Assembly (NCBI GenBank): GCA_020055655.1
Contig: JAIPUR010000014.1
Location: forward strand, 11,407-35,406
Reading direction: 5' to 3'
Source of the DNA: Methanosarcinaceae archaeon
GTDB lineage: Archaea > Halobacteriota > Methanosarcinia > Methanosarcinales > Methanosarcinaceae
Length of the DNA stretch: 24,000 nt
Positions 16,529 through 24,000 of this stretch are shown piece after piece. Position 1 is the stretch's first letter. Every line of letters begins with the position of its first letter. The notes below the pieces were generated by a model that had not been told where the DNA came from, did no database searches, and worked only from the letters and a program-made list of their open reading frames with translations. The position numbers and the translations under genes were made by a program.

Positions 16529-16788
16529 AAGATATGTATTAATTTGATAAACTAAATTTGAATGGTGAGATCGGAAATTTAATACTGAAATATAATAATC
16601 CATTATTAATGCAAAAGAAATTAATCTGGTATTTAATATATAATAATAGCAGCGATAGATGATATTGTTTATGGAATTTAAATTGAATGAACTTTCTGAC
16701 GCTGTTAAAGAACTTCAAAGTAAAAGCAATAAATAGGTACACTAGCATACTCTTGCTCTAAAATCTTCAGAAAATAATTAGATTTAAT

Positions 16789-18276
16789 TTATCGATTCCT
16801 TTTATTCATTATGAAATCTACAAAGCTTTCTGCAAATTCCCTGTAAGAACTTGCAACAAGATGAGCATAACATCCCAGAGTGTTATTCACAACCAGACCA
16901 TCCCAGCCGTCTATTATACCAGTACCTCTGGAAAGTTTTATCGCAAATTTTGCACCTTCAGGTAGTTCTGTGACCTCAGAGTGATGGAACTCGTGTGCCT
17001 TGAAAGAGTTACCTTTCTGCCCTATCACAGAGTCAACATCGAGTGAGCCGATGTTATAGCTAACCACACGTTTATGCCCCATTAAACTATGACCAGGAAG
17101 TGCGCCTACCATTTCATGAGTGGATTCAGGCATCTCTGCCATGTGATGAACGCCTTCACCCTGAACACCAGTCGTTATTCTTTCAGTCAGATACATCAGA
17201 CCACCGCATTCAGCATATATCGGCAAACCTGTTTCTGATACTCTTTTAATATCTTCTCGCATGGAAACATTAGCTTCCAGCTCTGCTGCAAAAAGTTCAG
17301 GATAACCACCGCCAAGGTATAATCCATCCACATCGGGAAGTTTGCTATCGTGGATCGGACTGAAATAACTTATCTCTGCACCGGCTTTTTGTAATAGTTC
17401 AAGATTATCGTGATAATAGAAATTGAAAGCTTCATCAAGTGCAACACCAATAACAGGTCTTTTGCCATCAAGCTTTCTTTCAGAGAACATCGTGCATGAT
17501 GGTCTTTCAAGAAATGGTGCTGATTTTGCAATATCCAGCATCCTGTCGATATCAATGCCCTTCTTGATAGTATCTTTTATGAGATCTATCCTTTCATCGA
17601 AATTATCTGCCCTTCGCCGCTCCTCTATCGCAGGAACAAGACCAAGATGTCTCATGGATATACTCATGGAACTATTGCGGCGAATAACACCAATAACAGG
17701 AATACCAGTATAATGTTCAATGGCATCAGTTGCTTTCTTTTCATGCCTTGGACCACCAATATTATTGAGGATTACACCTGCAATATGAACATCTTTATCA
17801 AAATCCTTGTAACCATTGACAAGAGCTGCAGCAGAGCGGGTTATGCTCCTTGCATTGACGACAAGTACAACAGAACATTTCAGGATCTTTGCTATCTGAG
17901 CCGTGCTACCAGTGTCAGTAAAACTGTCAAACCCTTCATAAAGACCACGTACACCCTCAACAATAGCAATATCAGCATCTCCATCAGCCTCCGAGCCATG
18001 AATGAAGACATCCGTGACAGCTTCCTTATCCATGAGAAAACCATCGATATTACGAGCCCTTCTTCCGGTTATCTCTGAATAGTAGCTTGGGTCGATGTAG
18101 TCCAGACCTACCTTGTATGGCTGAACCTTGTAGCCTGATTCAGTAAGAGCTGCCAGCAGACCAATGGTAATGGTTGTTTTACCGGAAGATGAGCTGCCAG
18201 CAGACAGAAGTATCCGAGGAATTTCCTTAGATTCACCCGCATTTGTATTTAATGGTGTTTCCGGCATAATAACCAT
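16789..18276 (-). CDS. cfbB: Ni-sirohydrochlorin a,c-diamide synthase (CbiA/CobB-family amidotransferase)
   Basis: N-terminal P-loop GSSSGKTTITIGL and C-terminal glutamine amidotransferase nucleophile AECGGLMYL. It lies directly downstream of the nifH-like and nifD-like cfbC/cfbD. The start may be the second ATG at 18267, where the SD GAGGA has better spacing. Confidence 0.88.
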   Translation of the reverse strand: MVIMPETPLNTNAGESKEIPRILLSAGSSSSGKTTITIGLLAALTESGYKVQPYKVGLDYIDPSYYSEITGRRARNIDGFLMDKEAVTDVFIHGSEADGDADIAIVEGVRGLYEGFDSFTDTGSTAQIAKILKCSVVLVVNARSITRSAAALVNGYKDFDKDVHIAGVILNNIGGPRHEKKATDAIEHYTGIPVIGVIRRNSSMSISMRHLGLVPAIEERRRADNFDERIDLIKDTIKKGIDIDRMLDIAKSAPFLERPSCTMFSERKLDGKRPVIGVALDEAFNFYYHDNLELLQKAGAEISYFSPIHDSKLPDVDGLYLGGGYPELFAAELEANVSMREDIKRVSETGLPIYAECGGLMYLTERITTGVQGEGVHHMAEMPESTHEMVGALPGHSLMGHKRVVSYNIGSLDVDSVIGQKGNSFKAHEFHHSEVTELPEGAKFAIKLSRGTGIIDGWDGLVVNNTLGCYAHLVASSYREFAESFVDFIMNKRNR

Positions 18277-18303
18277 TCCTCACTCGAAATATAGATACGA
18301 TAA

Positions 18304-19098
18304 TTACCTTGTAAGCTCACGAAGCCTTTCGTCAGCAAGAGCCTTGGGCATTACTGTACTATTATTGGACATAATAGCCCTTGCAAGTCCACGATATACC
18401 TCTGCGATCTCAGAATCAGGTGCTTTTTCAAGCACAGAGAAACCATCCCTTTCACAATCCTGCACAATCTGCATCTTAGGTATGAATGCGATCATATTAC
18501 TGCCAATTTCCTCAGAGAACTTGCCGACTATATCTTCCTCACGGGTCACAGTTCTGGAATTACAAATGATGCCTGAAAGTGGAGTGTTGATCTTAGCAAG
18601 ACCTTTGCAGATGTTGTTTGCAGCGTAAAGAGGCATGTACTCACCTGAAGTCAGAATGTAAGCTTCAGTAACAAGACCCTTACGAATTGGTGCAACAAAG
18701 CCACCACATACAATATCTCCTGGCACATCATATATGATAAGGTCCATATCATCCATGGATTTTGAAATCTTGGAAAGTTTCTGGATAGCCACAATAATAC
18801 CACGACCCGCACAACCAATACCAGGTTCCGGCCCTCCGACTTCAACACACTGAACGCCGCCATAGCCTTCAAAGACAATATCTTCCTCTTTGATCTCTAT
18901 TTTCTGCCTCATAAGATCCAGAATGGTTGGGATTCTTTTTCCACCTAAAAGTGTAATGGATGAATCACTCTTTGGATCACATCCGATGATCATTACTTTA
19001 TAGCCTTCATCAGCACAGGCTGCTGCCACATTTGAAGCAGTACTGGATTTACCAATACCTCCTTTTCCATATATGGCTATGATCTTTTTTTCGCCCAT
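18304..19098 (-). CDS. cfbC: Ni-sirohydrochlorin a,c-diamide reductive cyclase, NifH-like ATPase component
   Basis: GKGGIGKSS Walker A and CDPKSDS. Cluster ligands [13 protein letters not shown] and DIVCGGF are as in the NifH/BchL family. I prefer the ATG at 19098 with GGAG 8 nt upstream; the track start at 19104 is a TTG. Confidence 0.92.
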   Translation of the reverse strand: MGEKKIIAIYGKGGIGKSSTASNVAAACADEGYKVMIIGCDPKSDSSITLLGGKRIPTILDLMRQKIEIKEEDIVFEGYGGVQCVEVGGPEPGIGCAGRGIIVAIQKLSKISKSMDDMDLIIYDVPGDIVCGGFVAPIRKGLVTEAYILTSGEYMPLYAANNICKGLAKINTPLSGIICNSRTVTREEDIVGKFSEEIGSNMIAFIPKMQIVQDCERDGFSVLEKAPDSEIAEVYRGLARAIMSNNSTVMPKALADERLRELTR

Positions 19099-19109
19099 CT
19101 TCAAAACTC

Positions 19110-20228
19110 CTAGTCCAACATATCCTTTGCAAGTTCCCTTATAGTTGCACCGAATTCGGATTCAACTATTTCATTAACACCAAGAGTCTTTGGATGCAAG
19201 TCGATCTCAACAACCACATACTTATGTCCCATATCCTTTAACGGATGGACCTGTCTTGGACCATTGGTTACTGAAATTACCTCCATTCCGGAGAATGAAT
19301 CCATAGGAATAGCATGTGGAACACCTGTAATTACAGCAAAATCATAATCAGCATATTTCTCTTTAATAATACCAGTAACGAGCTCTCCAGTAACTGGATA
19401 TTCATCCATTCCACCGATGTTCTCATGAATTATAGTGCCATTTTTCTCAAAGCCAGCCATGATATTCTTTGCATGGTCCCTTACACGAGGAAGACCAAGG
19501 GAATCATCAACATTTGCCATATTGACGATATTTTCTTCCTTACCAAGCTTTTTGGCAACTTCGTTGACAGCAACAGAGATATCCGCAAACATGTAGCCTG
19601 TTTCCTTCTTGGCATTCATGATAGTGACACCTTTCTTTCCATCTTTTAAAAGCTCAATGATGCGCCCTGCAACCTTATATTTCACATCGCCCCGGGATGG
19701 CACAAGATACTCCTTACTTGCTGCACCATGACGTTTCTCCACATTTGTAGCCTCTGTGAGAAGGTGCCTTTGTCTTTCCAGTTCTTCGCCATCGATGATT
19801 CCGATATCTTCAGCTGATTCCAGAGCAATAAGAACACCCTTGGTATTGTTAGGATAACCTGCATGAACTTCCACCCCAATTACAGGTACATCAAGATCAG
19901 CATCCTGTATAGGTTCGCGAAGTTCCTCACCAATGATCATACTGGCACATGTCCCTACAACTCCTATGAGCTTAGGATTGAACATTTCATTTGTTTTTTG
20001 AAGGAGAGAGGAGAGCTCTTCCCTACCGCCAAAGACAAAACCGTTCTCATCAAGTGCCGTAGTAAGTACGTGAATACCATCTTCCTCAAGAAGTCTGGCA
20101 TGTTTAAAAGAGCATCCAGGTGGTCCATGAAGGATAGCCACATCAACATTCAGGTCGCGTAAAGTGTATAAAGCAGCCACAATAGAGCTTGGCCGCGGAT
20201 GTATGATCGATATATGCTTTTCTGCCAT
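19110..20228 (-). CDS. cfbD: Ni-sirohydrochlorin a,c-diamide reductive cyclase, NifD/BchN-like component (methanogenesis marker 13)
   Basis: 372 aa, nitrogenase-component-1-like, with HGPPGCSF near the N-terminus. Only 5 nt separate it from cfbC. No nifK, nifE or nifN partner is present, which fits the homomeric Cfb/Nfl system. Confidence 0.87.
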   Translation of the reverse strand: MAEKHISIIHPRPSSIVAALYTLRDLNVDVAILHGPPGCSFKHARLLEEDGIHVLTTALDENGFVFGGREELSSLLQKTNEMFNPKLIGVVGTCASMIIGEELREPIQDADLDVPVIGVEVHAGYPNNTKGVLIALESAEDIGIIDGEELERQRHLLTEATNVEKRHGAASKEYLVPSRGDVKYKVAGRIIELLKDGKKGVTIMNAKKETGYMFADISVAVNEVAKKLGKEENIVNMANVDDSLGLPRVRDHAKNIMAGFEKNGTIIHENIGGMDEYPVTGELVTGIIKEKYADYDFAVITGVPHAIPMDSFSGMEVISVTNGPRQVHPLKDMGHKYVVVEIDLHPKTLGVNEIVESEFGATIRELAKDMLD

Positions 20229-20418
20229 GATATCACATAATTATTCCTTTGTAGATAAGATAGTAACATTTTAATCGACAATATGATTGTGTCTTATTAT
20301 TATGTTTGTTAATAATCGTGTTAAATAGTATACCTTAAAGTACAGTAATTTGCTGCATTATCTAATTCATTGTTTTATAAAAGCAACGGTCAGAGTCAAA
20401 AATATGTAAAAAAGAACC

Positions 20419-21804
20419 TCATCTAAAACATTTCACACAGGAGATAATAAGATCGCCCTTGCTGGAAAGTTCCATTGCTTCTTCAAGGCCAGAGCCTGTA
20501 TCCGGCGAGTAGATCGCGCCATCATATGCAATATCGCGCATTCTTTCACCCACAAGTATCAACTTATTGATCTCAGGCTTTCTACGCCTCACAAATTCCT
20601 GCACATTTTCCGGCGGAAGGCCTTCACAAACCTGTTCAGCCTCTTCGCCCAGCACCATTATTATCTTGGACTCTGAAGCAATTTTCGATCTACCATGGTC
20701 CAGAGACTTTTCTGCAGACTTTATGTCCATGCCGGAATTTGAGTTATCGATCAAAACCCTACCATTAAGTTCTGTTTCCTGCATTCTTCCTGCAAGACCA
20801 ATAAAACCTGATATAACATCAGATATTGTATTAGGGTCAATACCCATATTCAGAGCCACAGCTCCAGATACAACAAAAGCTGTAGTATATGAAAAAGCAT
20901 TGTAAAAAGAATTAATAATTGAATCTATTGAAGCATCTTTTGAGATCAAAGATACCACTTTACCATCAAGTCTAACCTGGATATCTGCCGCCAAGTTATT
21001 TGAATCAGTAAATGTAATAATGTTCCTTCCAAGCTCCTCTGCTCTTTTTATAGCTTTTTCATCATTGGCATTCAAAATCATGAGTCCGTCGCTTTTAGCA
21101 TACTCGACCATCTGAAGTTTTGCATCACTTGCAAGAGAGCTGGACTTTGCAATCCCATAATCAGGTTCCAGAGTTGATATTATACCAATGTCTCCAATTC
21201 CCGTTCCACCTATGGATACTTCGAATATGCAACAATCAACATCAATACCCGTAGATTCAAATTCATCGAGTGCAAGAAGAATACTACCGGGAGCTATACT
21301 AAGACCGGAATAAATCTTTTCAGCAATTCCATTCCTCCATATTTCCAGACCTCTGGAAGTATGCAAAAGAACTACCATTTCCCTTGAAAGCATATCTGCG
21401 AGTATTGAAGCAGAGCTTGTTTTAGCTTTTGAACCGGTAATTTCGATTATCTTCATGCCCTGAAGCTTTTTATTATGATGAAGGATCATCCCTACAATCT
21501 TATGATGACTGATGATATTCTTGCCGGTGTTTCTTGCAGATACCAGCATTTCGTATTCCGGATCAAGATGAACGGGACTAACGATCACATCAAAGTTATC
21601 AACAGAAGTTGGCGATTTACAGGTTTTTATACCATATTGTGACTCTAGCAATTTTAGTGTATCATCATCAACTGTCTTGTAAACATCAACCGCTGTCACA
21701 TTGAGTCCAAACTCTGCAAGTTTTTGAGCTATTATAATTCCTGCATGTGTCAGATCCAGGACTACAACGCTTGATTTGCTGAAAAGATCAAAATCATTAT
21801 TCAT
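20419..21804 (-). CDS. cfbE: Coenzyme F430 synthetase (Mur-ligase family)
   Basis: 461 aa. Mur-ligase P-loop variant EITGSKAKTSSASILADML, with central and C-terminal Mur-ligase-like domains. It is clustered with cfbBCD. Confidence 0.86.
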   Translation of the reverse strand: MNNDFDLFSKSSVVVLDLTHAGIIIAQKLAEFGLNVTAVDVYKTVDDDTLKLLESQYGIKTCKSPTSVDNFDVIVSPVHLDPEYEMLVSARNTGKNIISHHKIVGMILHHNKKLQGMKIIEITGSKAKTSSASILADMLSREMVVLLHTSRGLEIWRNGIAEKIYSGLSIAPGSILLALDEFESTGIDVDCCIFEVSIGGTGIGDIGIISTLEPDYGIAKSSSLASDAKLQMVEYAKSDGLMILNANDEKAIKRAEELGRNIITFTDSNNLAADIQVRLDGKVVSLISKDASIDSIINSFYNAFSYTTAFVVSGAVALNMGIDPNTISDVISGFIGLAGRMQETELNGRVLIDNSNSGMDIKSAEKSLDHGRSKIASESKIIMVLGEEAEQVCEGLPPENVQEFVRRRKPEINKLILVGERMRDIAYDGAIYSPDTGSGLEEAMELSSKGDLIISCVKCFR

Positions 21805-21879
21805 GAAAATCAGGATGAAAATGGATTAATGTGAAAAATATCAATTCAATACTAAATAAAAAAAGAATAGATGAAATGA

Positions 21880-22506
21880 TCAGAGAAGACCATCATCTGC
21901 TTCATCGTTCTTGTAACTGTCAGCTCCCACTTTTGCAGCAGCTATGGATTCTATACCATCAAGCCATTCCGCTACAAGACCATATGGAACTTTTTCCAGT
22001 GTCTTCTCAGTAAGCCTCTTGCCATTAAGAACAAGTGCACCTATATTTGCAATGGTATCAAGTACGATTTCCATGTCATCGGCCTCTTCAGCCTTGATAG
22101 CTTTCTTAACCAGAACAGCGATCTTGCCCTTCTCATCATAATCGCCTTTGACATAGCATTCAAATGCTGCAAAACCACCCATAAGGGAAGTTTGGAGTGA
22201 TGCTACCATCATATCAATGTCTTCTGATATAGGTTCGACATCATCCAGAACCATATCTCTGATGCCAAGGATAATTTCCAGAGTTGTTTCAGGAGATATC
22301 TGCTCCCTGTCAAACTTCGCAAGGATCTTCAAACATGCAAGGATCACATCATCTTCCATATTGACGAAAATAGCTCCTGCTTTTCCATCAGACTCTTCGG
22401 ATCCCTCTAGCTTGAAATCACTCTCTTTTACCTGATTCAACCAATTGTTCCAGCGTTCCTGACTGTAAAAATCATGATGAATTGGTACATCCTCATTACC
22501 TGACAT
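21880..22506 (-). CDS. Conserved acidic hypothetical protein (possibly DUF2150-type)
   Basis: 208 aa, strongly acidic and probably helical, with no Cys-cluster or nucleotide-binding motif. It lies immediately upstream of cfbE on the same strand (75-nt gap). The family name is from memory and uncertain. Confidence 0.55.
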   Translation of the reverse strand: MSGNEDVPIHHDFYSQERWNNWLNQVKESDFKLEGSEESDGKAGAIFVNMEDDVILACLKILAKFDREQISPETTLEIILGIRDMVLDDVEPISEDIDMMVASLQTSLMGGFAAFECYVKGDYDEKGKIAVLVKKAIKAEEADDMEIVLDTIANIGALVLNGKRLTEKTLEKVPYGLVAEWLDGIESIAAAKVGADSYKNDEADDGLL

Positions 22507-22592
22507 TTAATTACCTCGAAATTAATTATTTTATATTTGAATATATATAATACAAGTTATTAATATGGTGCTACTTAAAATATTCGCAAACA

Positions 22593-23042
22593 TTATACTT
22601 TTAGTTCTACCTTTTTAAGAGAACAGCCTGAAACACTTTCTCCATCAACATTACCCAGAACCTTGACCACAGTACATTTATCCTGATCTCTGACACCTTC
22701 AGGATTCATAAGGTCATAGACTGCATCATCATATTCCTCACATTTTGGCTTTTCGTAGCTGATCTTAGCACCTTCTACAGCTTTTTTAGAATCAATTGCT
22801 GCAAGCACAGGAGCAGATTCCACTTCAGCTGCAAGAACACCGCCATCGTGAATGAAGCAATCATGAACGGTATTGCTTCTGACCTTCATTACCTTGTATC
22901 TTCGGCCAGATTCAAGGTTCAGGCATGTCCTTTTGAGTTTACATTTCTCACACTCGCGTGACTCGCCGAGAAATATAAATTCCTCACCTTCTTTTGCTAC
23001 TCGTGAACCAATTAATGTAATTATGATATTATTATCAGCCAT
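22593..23042 (-). CDS. UPF0179-family protein (Cys-containing, archaea-specific, function unknown)
   Basis: 149 aa. ITLIGSRVAKEGEEFIFLGESRECEKCKLKRTC...GRRYKV...HDC matches my memory of UPF0179 proteins from methanogens. Confidence 0.72.
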   Translation of the reverse strand: MADNNIIITLIGSRVAKEGEEFIFLGESRECEKCKLKRTCLNLESGRRYKVMKVRSNTVHDCFIHDGGVLAAEVESAPVLAAIDSKKAVEGAKISYEKPKCEEYDDAVYDLMNPEGVRDQDKCTVVKVLGNVDGESVSGCSLKKVELKV

Positions 23043-23075
23043 ATGATCACCTAAAATTGAATAATTATGAATGGA

Positions 23076-24000
23076 TTATGAGATCACCTTTGTGATGCGC
23101 GCAATATTCTCAGCTGCTTTGGCCGTCAGACCTGTTCCGAGTATAGTGTGTCTTTCAGGGCGGATCTTATGTGCAACTAGAAGCGCCTCTAATATATACT
23201 TATCTTCAATGCCAAGCTCTTCAGCTGTAGTAGGTGCACCGATTACTGCAAGAGAGTCACGGATCTGCTCCCAGTTTCCACCTTGGAGGTACATCATCAT
23301 AATAGTACCGACACCACACTGCTCTCCATGTAAAGCAGGTTTTGGTGCAATAGTATCCAGTGCATGACTGAACATATGCTCCGAACCTGATGCAGGTCTC
23401 GATGAGCCAGCAATACTCATAGCAACACCACTGGAAACAAGGGCTTTGACCACTACCCTTACAGAATTCTCAATATCGAATTTAATAGAATCTGCCGAAT
23501 CTATGAGGATCTTAGCAGTCATAAGAGATAATGCAGAAGCATATTCACTGAATGGTTCATTTCTCAAACGGTGTGCCAGTTCCCAGTCCTTCACGGCAGT
23601 ATAGTTAGATATAATATCTGCACATCCGGCTGCAAGTAAGCGATAGGGGGCATTTGCTATGACCTCAGTATCAGCAATCACAGCCATGGGAGCATTTGCC
23701 TCGATAGAAGTTGATTTATCATCATTATGAATTGATGCTCTTGAAGAAACAATACCATCATGCGATGCAGCAGTCGGAACACTCAGGAAAGGCACATCAA
23801 CTTCTGTGGCTGCAAGTTTAGCCACATCTATCGATTTACCACTTCCAACCCCTAAAAGAAAAGATGAATTAAGCGCAAATGCTTTTTCTTTGATCAGTTC
23901 CACTTCATCTAAAGAAGCTTCCCGTGAAATAGCAACACTAGCATTATAACCACCATCGTTCATTGAATCACAAACAAGGTCACCAGCTATCCCTTTAGTA
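23076..24000 (-). CDS. egsA: Glycerol-1-phosphate dehydrogenase [NAD(P)+], N-terminus beyond the window edge
   Basis: [12 protein letters not shown] nucleotide loop, [17 protein letters not shown] and LHGEQCG metal and substrate motifs of the DHQS/iron-ADH-like G1PDH family. The reading frame stays open from 23963 to 24000 (…[17 protein letters not shown]), so the true start is outside the window. Confidence 0.87.
   Translation of the reverse strand, partial: TKGIAGDLVCDSMNDGGYNASVAISREASLDEVELIKEKAFALNSSFLLGVGSGKSIDVAKLAATEVDVPFLSVPTAASHDGIVSSRASIHNDDKSTSIEANAPMAVIADTEVIANAPYRLLAAGCADIISNYTAVKDWELAHRLRNEPFSEYASALSLMTAKILIDSADSIKFDIENSVRVVVKALVSSGVAMSIAGSSRPASGSEHMFSHALDTIAPKPALHGEQCGVGTIMMMYLQGGNWEQIRDSLAVIGAPTTAEELGIEDKYILEALLVAHKIRPERHTILGTGLTAKAAENIARITKVIS

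Noticed and set aside
16539-16748. 69-aa ORF in the cfbB-kinase spacer
   Set aside because: The sequence is extremely AT-rich and the translation is Phe/Ile/Lys/Leu/Asn low-complexity. There is no SD. It is most likely a non-coding promoter/terminator region.
16789-18276. CbiA/CobB-like gene as cobalamin biosynthesis, and the Mur-ligase-like gene (20419-21804) as cell-wall synthesis
   Set aside because: The genomic context with cfbC and cfbD argues for CfbB and CfbE. No other cob/cbi or murein/pseudomurein genes are in the window.
17423-18628. Plus-strand ORFs (96, 143 and 154 aa) across cfbB and cfbC, with similar ones at 19314-19649, 19863-20162 and 20567-20905
   Set aside because: All are antisense to strongly supported cfb genes and have no motifs or translation signals. 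They are shadow ORFs.
18304-20228. nifH-like and nifD-like genes as a nitrogenase
   Set aside because: There are no nifK, nifE, nifN or nifB genes. The NifD-like protein is short (372 aa) and lacks a partner subunit. The CbiA-like and Mur-ligase-like neighbours identify the F430 reductive cyclase (CfbCD), not nitrogen fixation.
1-24000. Search for CRISPR repeats, transposases or integrases, terminal inverted repeats, toxin-antitoxin pairs, restriction-modification or other defence genes, and in-frame TAG/TGA recoding (pyrrolysine or selenocysteine)
   Set aside because: I saw no regularly spaced repeats, no recombinase-like or nuclease/helicase/ATPase defence architectures, and no gene that needs stop-codon read-through to stay intact. 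The window reads as core chromosome, not an accessory island.

Overview
This window looks like core chromosome from a cytochrome-containing methanogen of the Methanosarcinales. The basis is the presence of hdrED, a coenzyme F430 (cfb) cluster, a DmrX-type dihydromethanopterin reductase and archaeal glycerol-1-phosphate dehydrogenase, with an AT-rich genome by eye. I found no CRISPR array, transposase, integrase, phage gene, toxin-antitoxin pair or recognisable defence island.

Gene content from left to right:
- hdrE and hdrD (membrane heterodisulfide reductase), followed by a hairpin plus oligo-T terminator.
- Two tandem, start/stop-overlapping DUF116-type Cys-rich membrane proteins.
- An RNase P RNA gene on the minus strand, which the ORF track cannot show.
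- Three small ORFs, then glutamate dehydrogenase.
- A four-gene plus-strand cluster: a TIM-barrel protein with a duplicated Cys module, a CitG-like protein, a DUF447-like protein and DmrX. I interpret this as linked to methanopterin/sarcinapterin biosynthesis.
- A minus-strand string: Sm-like small protein, tRNA-splicing endonuclease, a 129-aa unknown, HflX GTPase and a PHP phosphoesterase.
- A Cys/His-free CMD(AhpD)-fold protein.
- An overlapping pair of a kinase-fold protein and a HAD hydrolase with a DxYxT motif.
- cfbB, cfbC, cfbD and cfbE (cfbA is absent from the window).
- An acidic unknown protein, a UPF0179-type protein, and a 5'-truncated egsA.

The best candidates for undescribed biology are conserved but uncharacterised gene sets, not an accessory island:
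1. The TIM-barrel/CitG-like/DUF447/DmrX cluster.
2. The kinase-fold plus atypical HAD pair downstream of cfbB.
3. The tandem DUF116 pair behind hdrED.
4. A structured non-coding spacer between hflX and the PHP gene.

All functional calls come from motif recognition by eye. No database search was run.
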